A stretch of 63,956 nt of DNA, filler included, from Globobulimina sp. (Eukaryota): NCBI GenBank assembly GCA_003354225.1. It is 19 parts of 19 records of this genome, joined end to end, with 100 filler letters (N's around TTAATTAATTAA, not from the genome) between each part and the next. Parts side by side here need not be neighbours in the genome. Positions count along the whole stretch, not along the records: positions 1 to 3,275 come from PIVH01003234.1; positions 3,376 to 6,650 come from PIVH01003235.1; positions 6,751 to 10,024 come from PIVH01003236.1; positions 10,125 to 13,398 come from PIVH01003237.1; 15 more parts are not named here. One strand, given 5' to 3'. Below, one piece after another: positions 1 to 12,915 of the stretch (the first letter of the stretch is position 1; every line of letters begins with the position of its first letter). The position numbers and the translations under genes were made by a program. Under the pieces are notes generated by a model that saw nothing but the letters and a program-made list of their open reading frames with translations, had not been told where the DNA came from and made no database searches.

Positions 1-1083
1 AGATGGCGATGTATTTTGAAATGATGTATGATATCTTGTTTAAATGTGCCAACTTCGATATTACTTTTTGGGAATCGATATGGAATATACGATGCTTTTG
101 TCGTATTACCTAATTGTCGAGCAAATTGTTGGAGTTGGTTGTTGGTTATTTGATTTTGTTGCGGTTGGTGTACCTAAATATATTTATTATATTTTATTAA
201 ATATATTTTATAAACAACACATTGCAAGTGTGATAATCATTACGTATTGATATTAGTATCCGGTCAGATACACACTATATTATTATATTATATACATTTG
301 TGTTTAGCTAATTGGGTGTCGCAGCTGAGGGCATAGGTGCACTCACGTGGGTCTGCACATAGTCAGTTATTCCCACTAGTCACACTACAACTTAATAGGG
401 TATGTATATAATTCAACCAATCTGAAACATTATATCTTGCTATTTTATATAAGTTAGATGATGTTTCTAACGTGTTAATATTAGATCTTTCACTTTTATA
501 CTCAATCAATATTAACTCCTCGTATTTAATGTCTACCGTTATTTGTCTAGTATGTTGACGAAAATAAATTTTACACTTTAGTATAAACTATTTATGTATT
601 TATAAAATTAGTCTAAAATTAGAGTTTAGTCTAAAAATAGATTTTATAATATATAGTCTAAAAATAGAGTTTAGTCTAAAAATAGATTTTATAAAGTTTT
701 TCTAAAGATAGAGTCTAAAACAGAAATAGAGTCTAAAACAGGAATAGAGTCTAAAAACAGAAATAGAGTCTAAGATTAGATTCTTAAAATAGAATGGATG
801 ATAATTTTGATGGTACATAAGTAAATACTATGCAATTGATCAGTGTAGTGGTAGGTGGATAATATAATTGTAGTGTGGAAATGTCCGAATAGATTAATAA
901 AAAATTTATAAAGAAAGGAAATGGACATACGTTGTGTGGTTGTTGAGGTGGTGCTGCACCTCTATGTCTACCACGTCCTCTACGTGCTGCACCTCTATGG
1001 TGGGCACGTCCTCTACCTCTACGTCTACCTCGGCCTCCGCCTCGGTTATTATTTGTGTCGCGGCCACTTCTTAATTGGACCAT
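1..1083 (-). CDS. Spliced RG/His-rich protein, 3' partial (exon 1 1083-931, exon 2 173-1)
   Basis: MVQLRSGR...RGRG...PHN ends at a GTATGT donor; the TATTTAG acceptor at 174 gives the in-frame continuation VHQPQQNQ...HHFKIHRH, open to the contig end. Confidence 0.55.
607..785. repeat. Degenerate tandem repeat with core (A)GTCTAAAA(A)(C/T)AG, inside the intron
   Basis: About 9 copies of GTCTAA/TTCTAA units such as ATAGAGTCTAAAACAG. Confidence 0.85.
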
Positions 1084-1463
1084 AATAATTTAGTTGGTTT
1101 TTGTTGGTTTGCTGGCTCTCTGTTCGAAACGTTAGTATGCGATACCAATGTTGAGTTATAGAAGAATTAGAAAGAAGAGGAAAAGGATAATAAATTAATA
1201 TAATAATAGAATATAATAATAGAAAAAAGGTATAATAAAAGGTAATTATGATATTGAGGAATAACAAGGAGCACAACAATTTTACTTATTTCTTTAATGT
1301 GTTTATAATTTATTAATAGCATCATCACTGTATAAATAAATATATGGATGGATTATGAATTCCAACATTGATGAATTTTGACGGATTCTTTGATAGGAGT
1401 TTGTTATTTCCAGTCTTCTTTCAGTTTCAGCAAAACACTAATCAAAAACTTTAACTTGCAACT

Positions 1464-3226
1464 ATGATGTTGTTGTTGTTGAGTTGGTGGCTTATATTTG
1501 TTAAATCAATGACATGGGAAGATGTTACAGACATTTTAAACAACGGAATCACATCTAAAGTATACCCCGGCTATGCTGCATTAGTGGGCCATAGAAATGG
1601 ATCTATTTTATATGAAATGTGTGGAGGACATTTTGTATATCCTGGCGACACTCCACCTCCTTATGATAATAAAACAAATCCATCCATGCAAATAGATACT
1701 CATTTTGATATGGCATCAATCACAAAATTATTAGCAACAACCTCTGCTATTCTCAAATTAATGGAAAACAAAGCATATATTTCATCTTTATTTGATCCAA
1801 TCACTCAATATTTGGGTTCATCCTTTGCTGTCCATAATAAATCACATATTGATATTATAAATTGTTTGCTGCACAATGCTGGCTTTCATCCGGATGCTGT
1901 TCCATATTGGTACAATACGCCAGAATTTGGCTGTCCTCAATCTGCGCAGTTTGAACCCATATTAACTTTTAATTGCACCACAAAAATATATGATGATGTT
2001 TTAGCGCAGCCATTGCAATATAACACAGGAACGAAAATGGTGTATTCTGACTTATCAATGATGACATTATCATATGTGATTGGAACAATTGTTAAAAATC
2101 ATCAAATCGTGACAGATTCAGAGTTACTGCCGCTGTGTGTTGCAGATACAACGGAGCCTCCAATCATATGTTACTTTGAAGCATTTGTTCGAATGCATAT
2201 ATTTACTGCACTCAATATGAGCAATACTGCCTTTTTGCCCACTTTATATTCCCAACAAGCAATATGTGCTCCGACGTGTAACAGCAGCACGACCTTTAAC
2301 CACCAAATACTGCAAGGAATTGTTGAGGATCCCAATTCATTTGCAAATGGTGGTGTTTTTGGTATATATGTTCCTTTGTTTTGTGAGTCAAACATTAATT
2401 GTGGCAACTTTCTGTTTTGTCAGGTCATGCCGGCGTATTTTCAAACATTCCGGATGTTTATAAGTGGAGCAGACATATATTGAACTCCGCAGCACAGTCA
2501 ATACCAATTTATAATTATACAAATCCGTATTTGGATGAAGCAGATGATTATGATTTAAATTATAACAATGATGATGATTATGCATTACATTTCGATCCTC
2601 AATGGACCCATTTATTTCTATCAGAATATGCACATAGTTTATCTTCGAGAGCGTTGGGCTTTGATACGAATGACTTTTCTGTGACTGATTATGGCGGAAG
2701 TCATGTTTGTGGCAACTTTGAATATGGCGCTTTTCAGACTGTCTCAATGCATACCGGATATACGGGAACTTTATTTTGTTTGGATCGAGAACGAGATTTA
2801 ATTTATTTATTACTGACAAATCGGGTTTATCCGGATTCCGATGCTTCCTCTCAAATAACTGCACAACGACGCTCTTTTTCCAATGCTGTGCTGCAAACAG
2901 TTGATGCTGATGTATATTATGCAAATAAGAGGCTGCAATTTGCAACTTTATACAAACAATGCAATGATACGTGGAGAGACAATATGATGTATTCAGAAAG
3001 TTTGTGTGTGTCATGGATGGGAGGATCACGAATAGCATCTTTAGTAATGGCACTAAATACATATGGATTTGAAATAAATGATACAGTGATCACTCCGTCA
3101 AGTTTGAATGAATGGATTTTATTGCAAAATTATTATGATGTCAATAATCAATTATTGGATGGCCAAATTATTCAAAATATTGATGCAAACCGAATATTGT
3201 TTAGGGAGCATGTCAATAGAATGTAA
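1464..3226 (+). CDS. Secreted beta-lactamase-fold (class C/AmiE-like) serine hydrolase with a C-terminal C39-like domain; intron 2362-2423
   Basis: Signal peptide; SxxK (FDMASITK), YSD, GHAGVF formed across the intron, and HTGYTGT; C-terminal LYKQCNDTW...TPSSLNEW. Confidence 0.85.
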
Positions 3227-3275
3227 TCGGTCGGTGGGTGGGACCACATTTTCAGCGAAGGTGGTTTTTTTTTTT

Positions 3276-3375
3276 NNNNNNNNNNNNNNNNNNNNNNNNN
3301 NNNNNNNNNNNNNNNNNNNTTAATTAATTAANNNNNNNNNNNNNNNNNNNNNNNNNNNNNNNNNNNNNNNNNNNN
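3276..3375. other. Artificial contig spacer (N44-TTAATTAATTAA-N44). The same spacer starts at 6651, 10025, 13399, 16773, 20146, 23519, 26892, 30264, 33635, 37005, 40375, 43745, 47115, 50484, 53853, 57221 and 60589.
   Basis: Identical 100-nt spacer with a six-frame stop core recurring about every 3.37 kb; contig lengths fall steadily from 3275 to 3268 bp. Confidence 0.99.
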
Positions 3376-4414
3376 TAACCGGTGCTAATACAGGTATTGG
3401 CAAAGAAGCAGCAAAAATATTATCGTTAACTGGAGCTACGGTGGTTATTGGAAGTCGTAGCAAAAAGCGAGGCCAATTGGCTAAAAATGATATTATTAAT
3501 ATGAACAAAAATATAACGTCAAACAAATTGAATATTGATGTGATGGAATTAGACTTATCATCAATATCAAACATTGATGTATTTTTAACAAATTTCAAAT
3601 CAAAATATAAATCGTTGGATGTATTGATATGTAACGCCGCTGTCAATCCATTACAAGATGGACTACAAACAAACGATGGCTTGGAAGCAGCATTTGGAAT
3701 TAACCACATTGGTCACATGTATTTAGTGTTGGAATTAAAAGATTTATTGACAATTAATAAGAATTCGAGAATAATAATGGTATGCAATGAGTACACATTA
3801 TATGATCAGCAGAAACGTTTCATTTTGTTGTTGTTTTTGTTGCTATATAGGTCTCAGCGGTGCCATACGAGGATGAAAGAGCAAACACAATATTTGATAT
3901 TAATAATTTAAATGGTTATAATCAATGGGACGCCTATTTTATGAGTAAAATGGAGAATATTATGTTTACAAAAGAATTTGCAAAGCGTTATCCGAGTGAG
4001 AATGCAGAAAATAATGGTTTGCAGATTGTATCATTACATCCAGGCGTTGGTGCTACGGATTTATTGCATGCCAGAGACAAACAGAAAGATGTTATAATAC
4101 GTAAAAATACTGTGATAGTTCGCATATTGAATGTATTATTCAAGTATTTTGGTGATACCATTGAACAGGTTTAGTTTTATAAATAATTAATAACTTAATA
4201 GTCTTAATATGAATATATATATATGAATAATATGCAGTTATCTTATACGCAAATATATTTGTCATTGACGGATGCAAAAAATTTAAAACATGGAGCACAT
4301 TTTCGAAATGATAAAGAACAAAAAGTGTTTGGAGGAGTGGTTGACAATGAGGTGTTGTGGAATCAATTGTGGAGCAAAAGTAAAAAAATAATCAACGACA
4401 TTAAAAAATCTTAG
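3376..4414 (+). CDS. Short-chain dehydrogenase/reductase (retinol dehydrogenase/WWOX-like), 5' partial, introns near 3780-3850 and 4169-4237
   Basis: TGANTGIG, LDLSS, DVLICNAA, INHIGH, YFMSK (YxxxK), LHPG. Confidence 0.9.
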
Positions 4415-4726
4415 CTAAAACTTGCATTTTTAAAAATGACGCTCGTCATCTTCTTTATTACTTGTAGTGGTTCACATTTCGTTCAATACAACATCAACAA
4501 CATATTGCTTATGATGATCTTTTATCATTAAATCCTTGCATTATGCGAATGACTTGGACTGAGAGGAAGAGACTAAGTATTTTACAGCCATGTATACAGA
4601 GCATAAATACAGAAAAGAAGTCACAACTCACAAGACATCAAACAGATTAAATTCGCACGCATAAGCCCATCAATTGCAATATACAAACTACACACAAATA
4701 CATATGATCTCGCAATTGATACACAG

Positions 4727-6650
4727 ACAGAGACTACGAAATTGTTAATGCGCTACTTGGCCATGACGGCGCCGTCTGCGTCGATGCAAAGCAGCGTCGT
4801 GGAGCAGCAGATCATTGCGGCTTCGCCTATATTGGAGGCGTACGGCAACGCAAAGACGGTGCTGAATAATAATAGCAGCCGCTTTGGCAAATTCACAAAG
4901 TTATTGTACGACGTCCCGGATAAGGCGCGCGAAGGACACATTTTGGGCAGCTATTTGGAGACGTACTTGTTGGAGAAATCGCGAGTGGTCTTCCAGTCGC
5001 ACAATGAGCGCAATTACCATATCCCTTATTTTCTGTATCACGGCATCGCCAAAGAGCAGCACGAAGCGTACGGCATCATTCACCCTAAAAAGTGGGCCTA
5101 TGCCAACCAAGGCGGCGAGGTGGAAGTGCCGGGAATTAACGATATTGAGCGCTACAAAGAGTTGGCAGAGTCGCTGAACATGATGCGAGTGGATGGCACG
5201 GTGCAGCGCAATTTGTGGTATATCAGTACGGGAATCTTCAATTTGGGCAACGTGGCCTTCAAACGCGAAGGCGATGGCTTTGCGTCCATTGACCCGAAAT
5301 CGAGGCCGTCGCTGGAAACCTTGGCCCGTTTATGGGCGATTGAGCCGAAAGCGATGAACGACCGCTTGACCACGGCGTCGATGAAGGTGATGAAAAAGTA
5401 CATTGTGAAGAAAGTGCCGTACGACGACGCGGCGACCAATCGGGACTCCATCGCCAAGGGCATTTATGAGAACATCTTCTTGTATCTCTGCGAGCGAATC
5501 AACGCAGAGTTGTACCAGACCGACGAGGAAAACATCCAATCCATACTATTCATTGGCATTTTGGACGTGTTTGGCTTCGAGAACTTTTGGATCAATTCTT
5601 TGGAGCAGTTTTGCATCAATTTCACCAACGAAAAGTTGCAGCAGTTCTTCAATTATCACATCATCCGCAGTGAGCAGGAGGAGTACATCAAAGAGTCGGT
5701 GTTCTGGAAACCTTTGACGGTGCCCGACAATGTGGAGTATATTAACTTTGTGGAGGGAAAGACTAAGGGCTTCTACACGTTGCTGGACAGTGCGTGCAAA
5801 GCGCCTAAGCCGACGTGCGAGGCTTTTATGCAAAATTTGTTCAAACAGCACGGCGACAATCCGTGTATAAAACACATAACTAAGCCGGGTTCGGGCAATG
5901 CGAGGGGCGGACCCGCGGGGAAGAAGAAGAAGGTTTGCTACTTCTTTTTAACTTTAATTTAATTAATAATTCCCGTGATAATAATGATAAATAACACTGT
6001 TTGTGTTTGTTGTTACAGGGCAAGGTTTGCTACGTTTTATGCCATTTAATAATAATAATAATTCCTTCAAACTGAATAAAATATGTTGATAACAATAAAA
6101 AAATCTTTGTGTTTGTGTTATAGGGCAAGGTTTGCTACGTTTACCGTTTAATAATAATAATATGTGAGAATAAAATATGTTGATAATAATAATAAAAAAT
6201 CTTGTGTTTGTGTAACAGGGCAAGGTTTGCTACTTTTTACCATTTGATAATAATAAAATTGCTTCAAAACTCCGTCTGAAATTAAATAATAAGCGTTTGT
6301 TTTTAATAATAAGTTGATATTTAATAAAATTGCTATTTAATAATAAGTGCTTCTAAAACTTGAAAATCAATAACAATTTGGATGAAAATTATATAAAATA
6401 TACAGAAATCGCGCAGTTCGGACCGCTACGAAGGCTTTCAAATTACGCATTTTGCAGATTTAGTGGCCTACGATGTGAGTAAATTCTTGATCAAGAATAT
6501 GGAGGCTGTGCACCCCGACACCGCCAAAATGATGAAAAAGTCCAAGACCCACTTGGTCAAAGAAATAGGTGGCAGCGGGCCCAAAGGGCGAAAGAAAAAG
6601 TCTGTGACCTCAGTATTTTGGGGCGGCATCCGAGTGTTAATGAAGAATTT
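4727..6650 (+). CDS. Myosin motor domain, partial. Exons: 4727-5932; micro-exons 6019-6024, 6124-6129 and 6219-6224; 6406-6650
   Basis: TETTK after the P-loop, LEAYGNAKT, switch I NNNSSRFGKF, YLLEKSRVV, switch II IGILDVFGFE, NSLEQFCINFTNEKLQQ, ITHFADLVAY. Confidence 0.96.
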
Positions 6651-6750
6651 NNNNNNNNNNNNNNNNNNNNNNNNNNNNNNNNNNNNNNNNNNNNTTAATT
6701 AATTAANNNNNNNNNNNNNNNNNNNNNNNNNNNNNNNNNNNNNNNNNNNN

Positions 6751-7725
6751 CGTCTATCGATAATTATAATTAATTTTGTTATTTTATCTTTAACAATGCG
6801 TTTAATATCATATTGATTTTGGAATTCCGCAGTATTTATATTGTTGGTTAATCGTTGATAATCATAAATGTTATTTCCATGCAAATATTCTGTGATTTCT
6901 GCAATGTTATAATGATAAATAACATTTTCGTCATATACACTGCGCACTGTCTTTGGTATTATCATTACTTTTAACTCAAATCGTGTGTTTCTGTCTTTTT
7001 GCAACGCATTTTTAAGATGATGTACATAGTGGGAAACACTAAAAACATGATCCATTGTTTCAAACATATCATCATCGATAATATAAAATGGATAAAAAGT
7101 CATTCTTTCTTTCAATATATCATTTTCAGCAAATTGTTTCACAGACTCATGTTTTAAATATTTATCAGTTGCTTTGAAGAGATCATTTTGAAAGTCCTGC
7201 ACCGAATACTCAGCAAAATGATAATTGCTAAATATAAAATGGCGGTGAACATCAAATAAATCCTGTAATATTTGCTCTTCATTTTCATTGTTGTATTCAT
7301 CTTCGTCTTTGTTATCATTAATCAATGCTTCTATGTACAATATAATTAATATTTGGGTGTGTTTCTAAATGAAAAACAAAATATACTTAACCACGATTAT
7401 CAGCTGTGATGGGAACAAAATGAGTGGCTCTTTGGCATAACTTTCGAAGATATAATCTTTCCTCAACGTCTAAATTGCGTTTTGTTTTTAAAATATCAAT
7501 CATTTTATCAATATATTTGTTATCTAAATCATATAATTCTATGTTTATCTCTTTATCATTTATTGTGGCACGGATTGCATTGGCAAGTTTCGGATACATT
7601 TCATGTCCAACACAGTTTGCTATCTTCAACCAATTGATTCCATTCTGTTTCATTACATTTTGGATTTCCAAGTCATACATTGGATTTGCATTCCATTCTG
7701 TAAATTCGTTGTTGATGATATTCAT
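6751..7725 (-). CDS. Hypothetical protein, two exons, 3' partial
   Basis: ORFs 7387-7725 and 6699-7340 are separated by a short GT-AG-like intron. Confidence 0.55.
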
Positions 7726-8100
7726 ATTGTGTTCATTAATATTATTGTCATTTATCTCTTTGTGTCCATGCTGTGATGACTGCGATGTTGCAAACTTGCA
7801 ATTGACACATCCAAGTTCGCTGCAGCTGTGGCGGTGGCCATGATAAGGCAGTCAAGCCAGTATGAAAAGTTCTAGTACTCAAAAAAACAACTTTTTCGCA
7901 ACTGTACATGGTGTTTGCCAAACGGGCAAATTGATAGGAATTAATTCGATATATACATATACAACTAAACAAATATAGTAACTCCAAACTAAGGCAAACT
8001 TATTTAAACTGCCGGTCCGTCCTACATTAAAAGCGTTAACTTTGCGGCAAATAGATTCAGAAACACGAATCTCGATTGGTAGTGCCTAGCCAATTAATTA

Positions 8101-10024
8101 ATGGCGAAATCATTGACATTAATTGATTTAGAGGATTTCCTGCCGACTGTACAATTAAATCAGGCACAAAGCAGCATTGACAAAGACGACAATTTCATTC
8201 AAAATCAGTATACAGAATTTATTAAAGTGACGTCCGATGCCACAGCCATAGATTATAGGGCTCACAAAAAATTAAAAGCTTTCAAGCAATTTGTATTGAC
8301 AGAGAACGAAGAATATAAAAGAAACAAAGTGAGAAGAAATTATTTATTTAATCTCATTTACAACAAATATATGTTTGATATCCAAGCCATTAAATCGCAA
8401 AATGTATTCAATAATTTTTATTTCCAGCCTCAAGAAAATGGGATCATTAAACAATTTTTTGTTGCCTCCGTTCAAATACTTTTCACCATTTTATTGTCGC
8501 TTGAAATTATAGTAAATTTCGAGGACATTGACTTTGAGAATAGCTTCAATATGGCCTTGGCAGTGATTATCATGTATTTGACCTACGTATTAATTACACC
8601 AACGGTGTCATCCATTGTGGGCGATGTCAAAATATTAAGTCAATATTTCCATTTAAATGCCTTAAACACCGTATTAAATGCCACCACAAATATTGTGTTG
8701 GCGTTGGTACTGCCATTTGTTACCTTTTTTGTCATACTAAACTCTGAAACTTTGACCGACGTAGTTCTTAATGCCACGGCCATTGCTTTTATAATTGAAT
8801 TGGATGACGATGCCGCGACTGAGGTTGATGCGGAAAATTGGTTCGTTACAGCATCTGCTTCGTTTGATAATATATTTAAAAGAGTTGTTCCATTCAATGA
8901 TGATATTATTACCAACGATATCGACAAATGCAGCGAGCAAAACATTGCACGTAAAATCGAAGCAATTAAAGTTGAGATAAGAAATGAAAACACACGAATG
9001 GAGTATGGCGATGTCTCCATTGGTAAAAAAATACTTCATTTCGCCCGCAATGTGACCAAATTTGTGTTTGCGCCCATTTTGATATTTAAATATCCATATT
9101 TTATCATTGCTGACGCGGTGAAACGAAGGGATATTCGCAACGATTCGGATGTAAATGTAACTGAACATGTCACGTTATCAAAACCAATCAGTTGCAAAAC
9201 AAATGAATATGACGAAATATTACAAAATGATGAGGAAGAAATGAAATATTTTTTTACCAAAATTGACCGTGATAGGCATAATGATTTTGCAGTTGTGCGA
9301 GCATTAAAACTTAACCACGAAGCAAATGATTTGATAAATGATTATAAATATAACGATGCTCATAATAAATGCACTGAAGCCATATATTTATTACATGGGA
9401 ATTTTGATATTGATGTAGACGAAAAAAACGTTTTGTCGCATAATTTTGGTGAACGCACTGACGATCGCGACCAGAATGCGGCGGTGAATAATTTACTGTC
9501 AATTTTACATTTTAACCATGGCTATGCATTAGAAAAAAGAGCCAAACAATCCTGGATTTCAGAGATTATCACCAATCAAAGTGGCCATACATTTACAAAC
9601 TATAACGATGCAATTAAAGCATATGAACGTTGCCAATCTTATTTAGATGCAAATGATGGCAAAACTGGTTTATGTCATAAATTAATATCTGATATTTATT
9701 ATGATTTATATGAATTTGATAAATCTTTACATCATTACCAACAATATAGCAAAATATGCGAATCCGATCAAAAACGATGCAAAGATATCACCAAAAAAAC
9801 AAAAATGTTCTATGATAAATATTTAGAAATTTTAGATGATTTTCGGGTTCATATTTATGACGAAAATGAAGAAAATAAATGTGATCAATCTCATGATATC
9901 GATTCATGTCCAATTAAAAAACTCAATGCTGTTTTAGATGACATTGAGAAACATACGCTCTTCAAAGAAAATAATTCATTGGTTGGTAAATATTACTTTG
10001 TTCTCGGAGAATATTATCAATTTG
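8101..10024 (+). CDS. Membrane protein with about 4 TM helices and C-terminal TPR-like repeats, 3' partial
   Basis: ORF over 640 aa; hydrophobic helices around DVVLNATAIAFIIELDD; TPR-like YNDAIKAYERC and YEFDKSLHHYQQY. Confidence 0.7.
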
Positions 10025-10124
10025 NNNNNNNNNNNNNNNNNNNNNNNNNNNNNNNNNNNNNNNNNNNNTTAATTAATTAANNNNNNNNNNNNNNNNNNNN
10101 NNNNNNNNNNNNNNNNNNNNNNNN

Positions 10125-11615
10125 TTTTTTCACCAACACCAACAAGTCTTCGATAAAGGCGACATTGTACGAATATCGATTCACATCATCCATTCGCATC
10201 ACTTTATCCTTGACCACGGTCAATGCGTCGGCTTTATTTAACAGTGGCTCCCGATCATCATTCTCCTCTTCCGGATCAGACACAGTCCCATATGAATCAA
10301 ATTTGATTTTTACTGTTTTCGGTGCTCCCACTTCTATCATTTCAATATTCCCATTTCCTGCTTCATTGTCTTCACCGTCATCATTATCTAATTCATTCTC
10401 TGCAGTGTTGATTTCTGTATTTTGTTTTAATTCTTGTTCCTCTTTGTTATCATCACCTGCATTAAATGGGCTTTCTCGAATGGAATCCCGATGCAATGGG
10501 TTTTGCAATAATTTAGATTTTGATTTGGATTGACCGCGTTCCATGGAACCAATTGCATGCGAATCAAGCATTAAATCATCATACGGTCGATTGCAACGCA
10601 TATAAAACTTTTGCTCCGCCAATAATTTCTCTTGTGCCACTTGCAAACCTTAACAAAAGAAAAGTATCACATGCTGCCATGTTCACTCAAAGTAAAGTGT
10701 CTCACTCAAAAACATCATTTCAAACATGTCACACTAAATAAATGTGTACAGTACCTTCAAACTGATAACCTGTGATCAAAATGCGTATCAATGCAATCAA
10801 ACAAATTACAGTTAATATTGCTAAACCATTAAACAATATCGATTCCACCGGCGATCCCGTTATAAAAAATGTTCTATAAAACGTAAACAATGTTAAAAGA
10901 CACGTTATCGATATAAACCACGTTGTCGGTAATTCTATATATTATTTTCCGTAAAAAAACACATCAGTACACTGACAAACAGCATACCCTGTTCCCCAAA
11001 TAAAACCTGTCCTTGAACCGCTAAAAACGACCTAATCTCCAACCAGCCCAACGCATTTTGCCTCCGTATCATCGACAGAAACAAATCCCGACTGATCGCG
11101 CTGCCTTTACTCGGGATCTCCACCATGCTCTCATCCATACTGAGTCTGAACGCATCGCGCATCTTCTCCTTTTTGTGCAAGATCTGCGTCAAATCGCTCA
11201 TCCATCCCCGATAATTATCGAACTGTTTCTTGTATTGGATCTCCACACAATATATGATGCTCGCGATCAACACGAAATTCACGATCAAGGCTCCAATCTC
11301 CAACAAGTAATCTCCGTCTTTGCTGAAAAAGGTGCCAGAGCCGGAAGAGCCTTCTGAAGAATCGCCAAAAGTCAAGCGGGTCAAACCCGGCGTCAACGCA
11401 TACAATAAACCTAAGAACAGCACTATAAATGTCCGCAATTTGCTCAATTTCCATCGGTTGTTAGTCCGCGACGACTCAAAGGCGCGCACAAATTTGTACA
11501 CTGAGCTGCGATGAGAAAAATCCTCTCCGAAGAAGATGGTCAATGAGCGCAAGCGTGCAGGCGCGGGGATGGCTGGTCGTAGCTGCTGATCATAGGCAAT
11601 CCACACAGACAGCAA
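10125..11615 (-). CDS. Multi-exon hypothetical membrane protein, partial
   Basis: ORFs 10935-11615 and 10077-10646, with a short TM exon near 10755-10935 bounded by GT/AG. Confidence 0.55.
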
Positions 11616-11816
11616 TAACGAAGATTCCGCTTAAACCGGCCTTGAAAAAGCGGCCCCAATAAAATGTGCGCACCAAACGGAAGTTTTTCAATGATAAGAT
11701 CGGCGATGGAATGTGGTCTGGCGGCAACTCCTCGGTCTGCATGGCCGGGGACAATTTATTTGAATCAATTCAATGTGGTTTTGTTGTGTGACATGTGGTT
11801 TTTACATGAAACGTAC

Positions 11817-12560
11817 CTTAAAAAACTGTATTTTGTTGGAACCTTTGGAGATTTTACTATAAATATCATCATCTTCGATATCATCGAAATCATCGCCGCC
11901 ATCACCACATAGCGAGGGACAGCATATACTTTCTTGTGATTGTTGTTGTTGTTGTATTTGCGGTATGACGTCAGCATTAATATTGTGATTATGTCTGCCG
12001 CCACCAAAATGTTGAAAATATAGAGGCAAGACCATATCGAATAATTGTGTTAAATTCGTGGATGTAAAAGAGGACACTTCGATGTATTCGCAGTCCCATT
12101 TAGTCGCTTTTTGCTGTGCTTGGTCTTTGGTAATGACTCGCTCTGAGGATAAGTCGCTGTGAGTGCCTACTAAGATGGTTGGGATTGACTCTGTTTCTTT
12201 CACTCTGAGCACTTTATTGCGTAATAAATCGATGGTTTTAAAGCCATCCCGCGAGCAGATGCTATATGTAAAGAGGAATATTTGTGAATCGCGGATCCAT
12301 TGGTCTTGCATTGACCAAAATACTTCTTGGCCGGCGGTGTCTAATATCTCTACAAGAGCTGATTCGCCATTTACGGTCACATTCTTACTGTATGTGTCTT
12401 TTCATATTTATAATTTACATTTTATATTATATATTATACCTTCGATTGTTGGGTCGTAATCTGAGAGAAATGCGCCAGTGATAAATTTCATGACTAATGC
12501 CGATTTGCCTTGTCCGCCACCTCCGAGCATGCATGTTTTTATGGTAGGAACTGCTGCCAT
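11817..12560 (-). CDS. Ras-family small GTPase (intron near 12395-12440); C-terminus probably continues past a donor near 11816
   Basis: [47 protein letters not shown]. Confidence 0.92.
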
Positions 12561-12915
12561 GGTCGAACTTATTATCTCGCGTTTCTGTTTGTTGTGTTTT
12601 TGTTAGTCTTCAAAAGTCAAAACACTAAGAAATAGTATACATCACCCCCAAATAAAAGGGCCTGTAGCCTGGAACTTAGCCAGGCGGAATATCTATAGCT
12701 AAAAGTGTTAATTTCGATTGGTAAGAAATGAATATTAGAGGAGTTAATTTTGTTCAACAGATATTGTTTTACCTCTGTCAATTATGTAGCTGCTGCTGCT
12801 CTGACATCTGTCAATTATGCCGCTATTCACCTCTATTATTAGACTCATTCTATACGTATAGACGACGACCAGTGTAATTAAAGAAAGAAAACACGTATTT
12901 CGATATTAACCCCAA

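Noticed and set aside
3320-3331. Regularly spaced TTAATTAATTAA palindrome as a biological repeat
   Set aside because: It always sits inside N runs and is a concatenation linker, so gene neighbourhoods across it are meaningless.
4753-5875. Several antisense and alternate-frame ORFs
   Set aside because: They are shadows of the GC-richer myosin exon.
5933-6240. CRISPR-like repeat-spacer array (AGGGCAAGGTTTGCTAC about every 100 bp)
   Set aside because: The spacers are homologous AT-rich introns, the repeat is a splice-site and micro-exon unit inside a myosin gene, and there are no cas genes.
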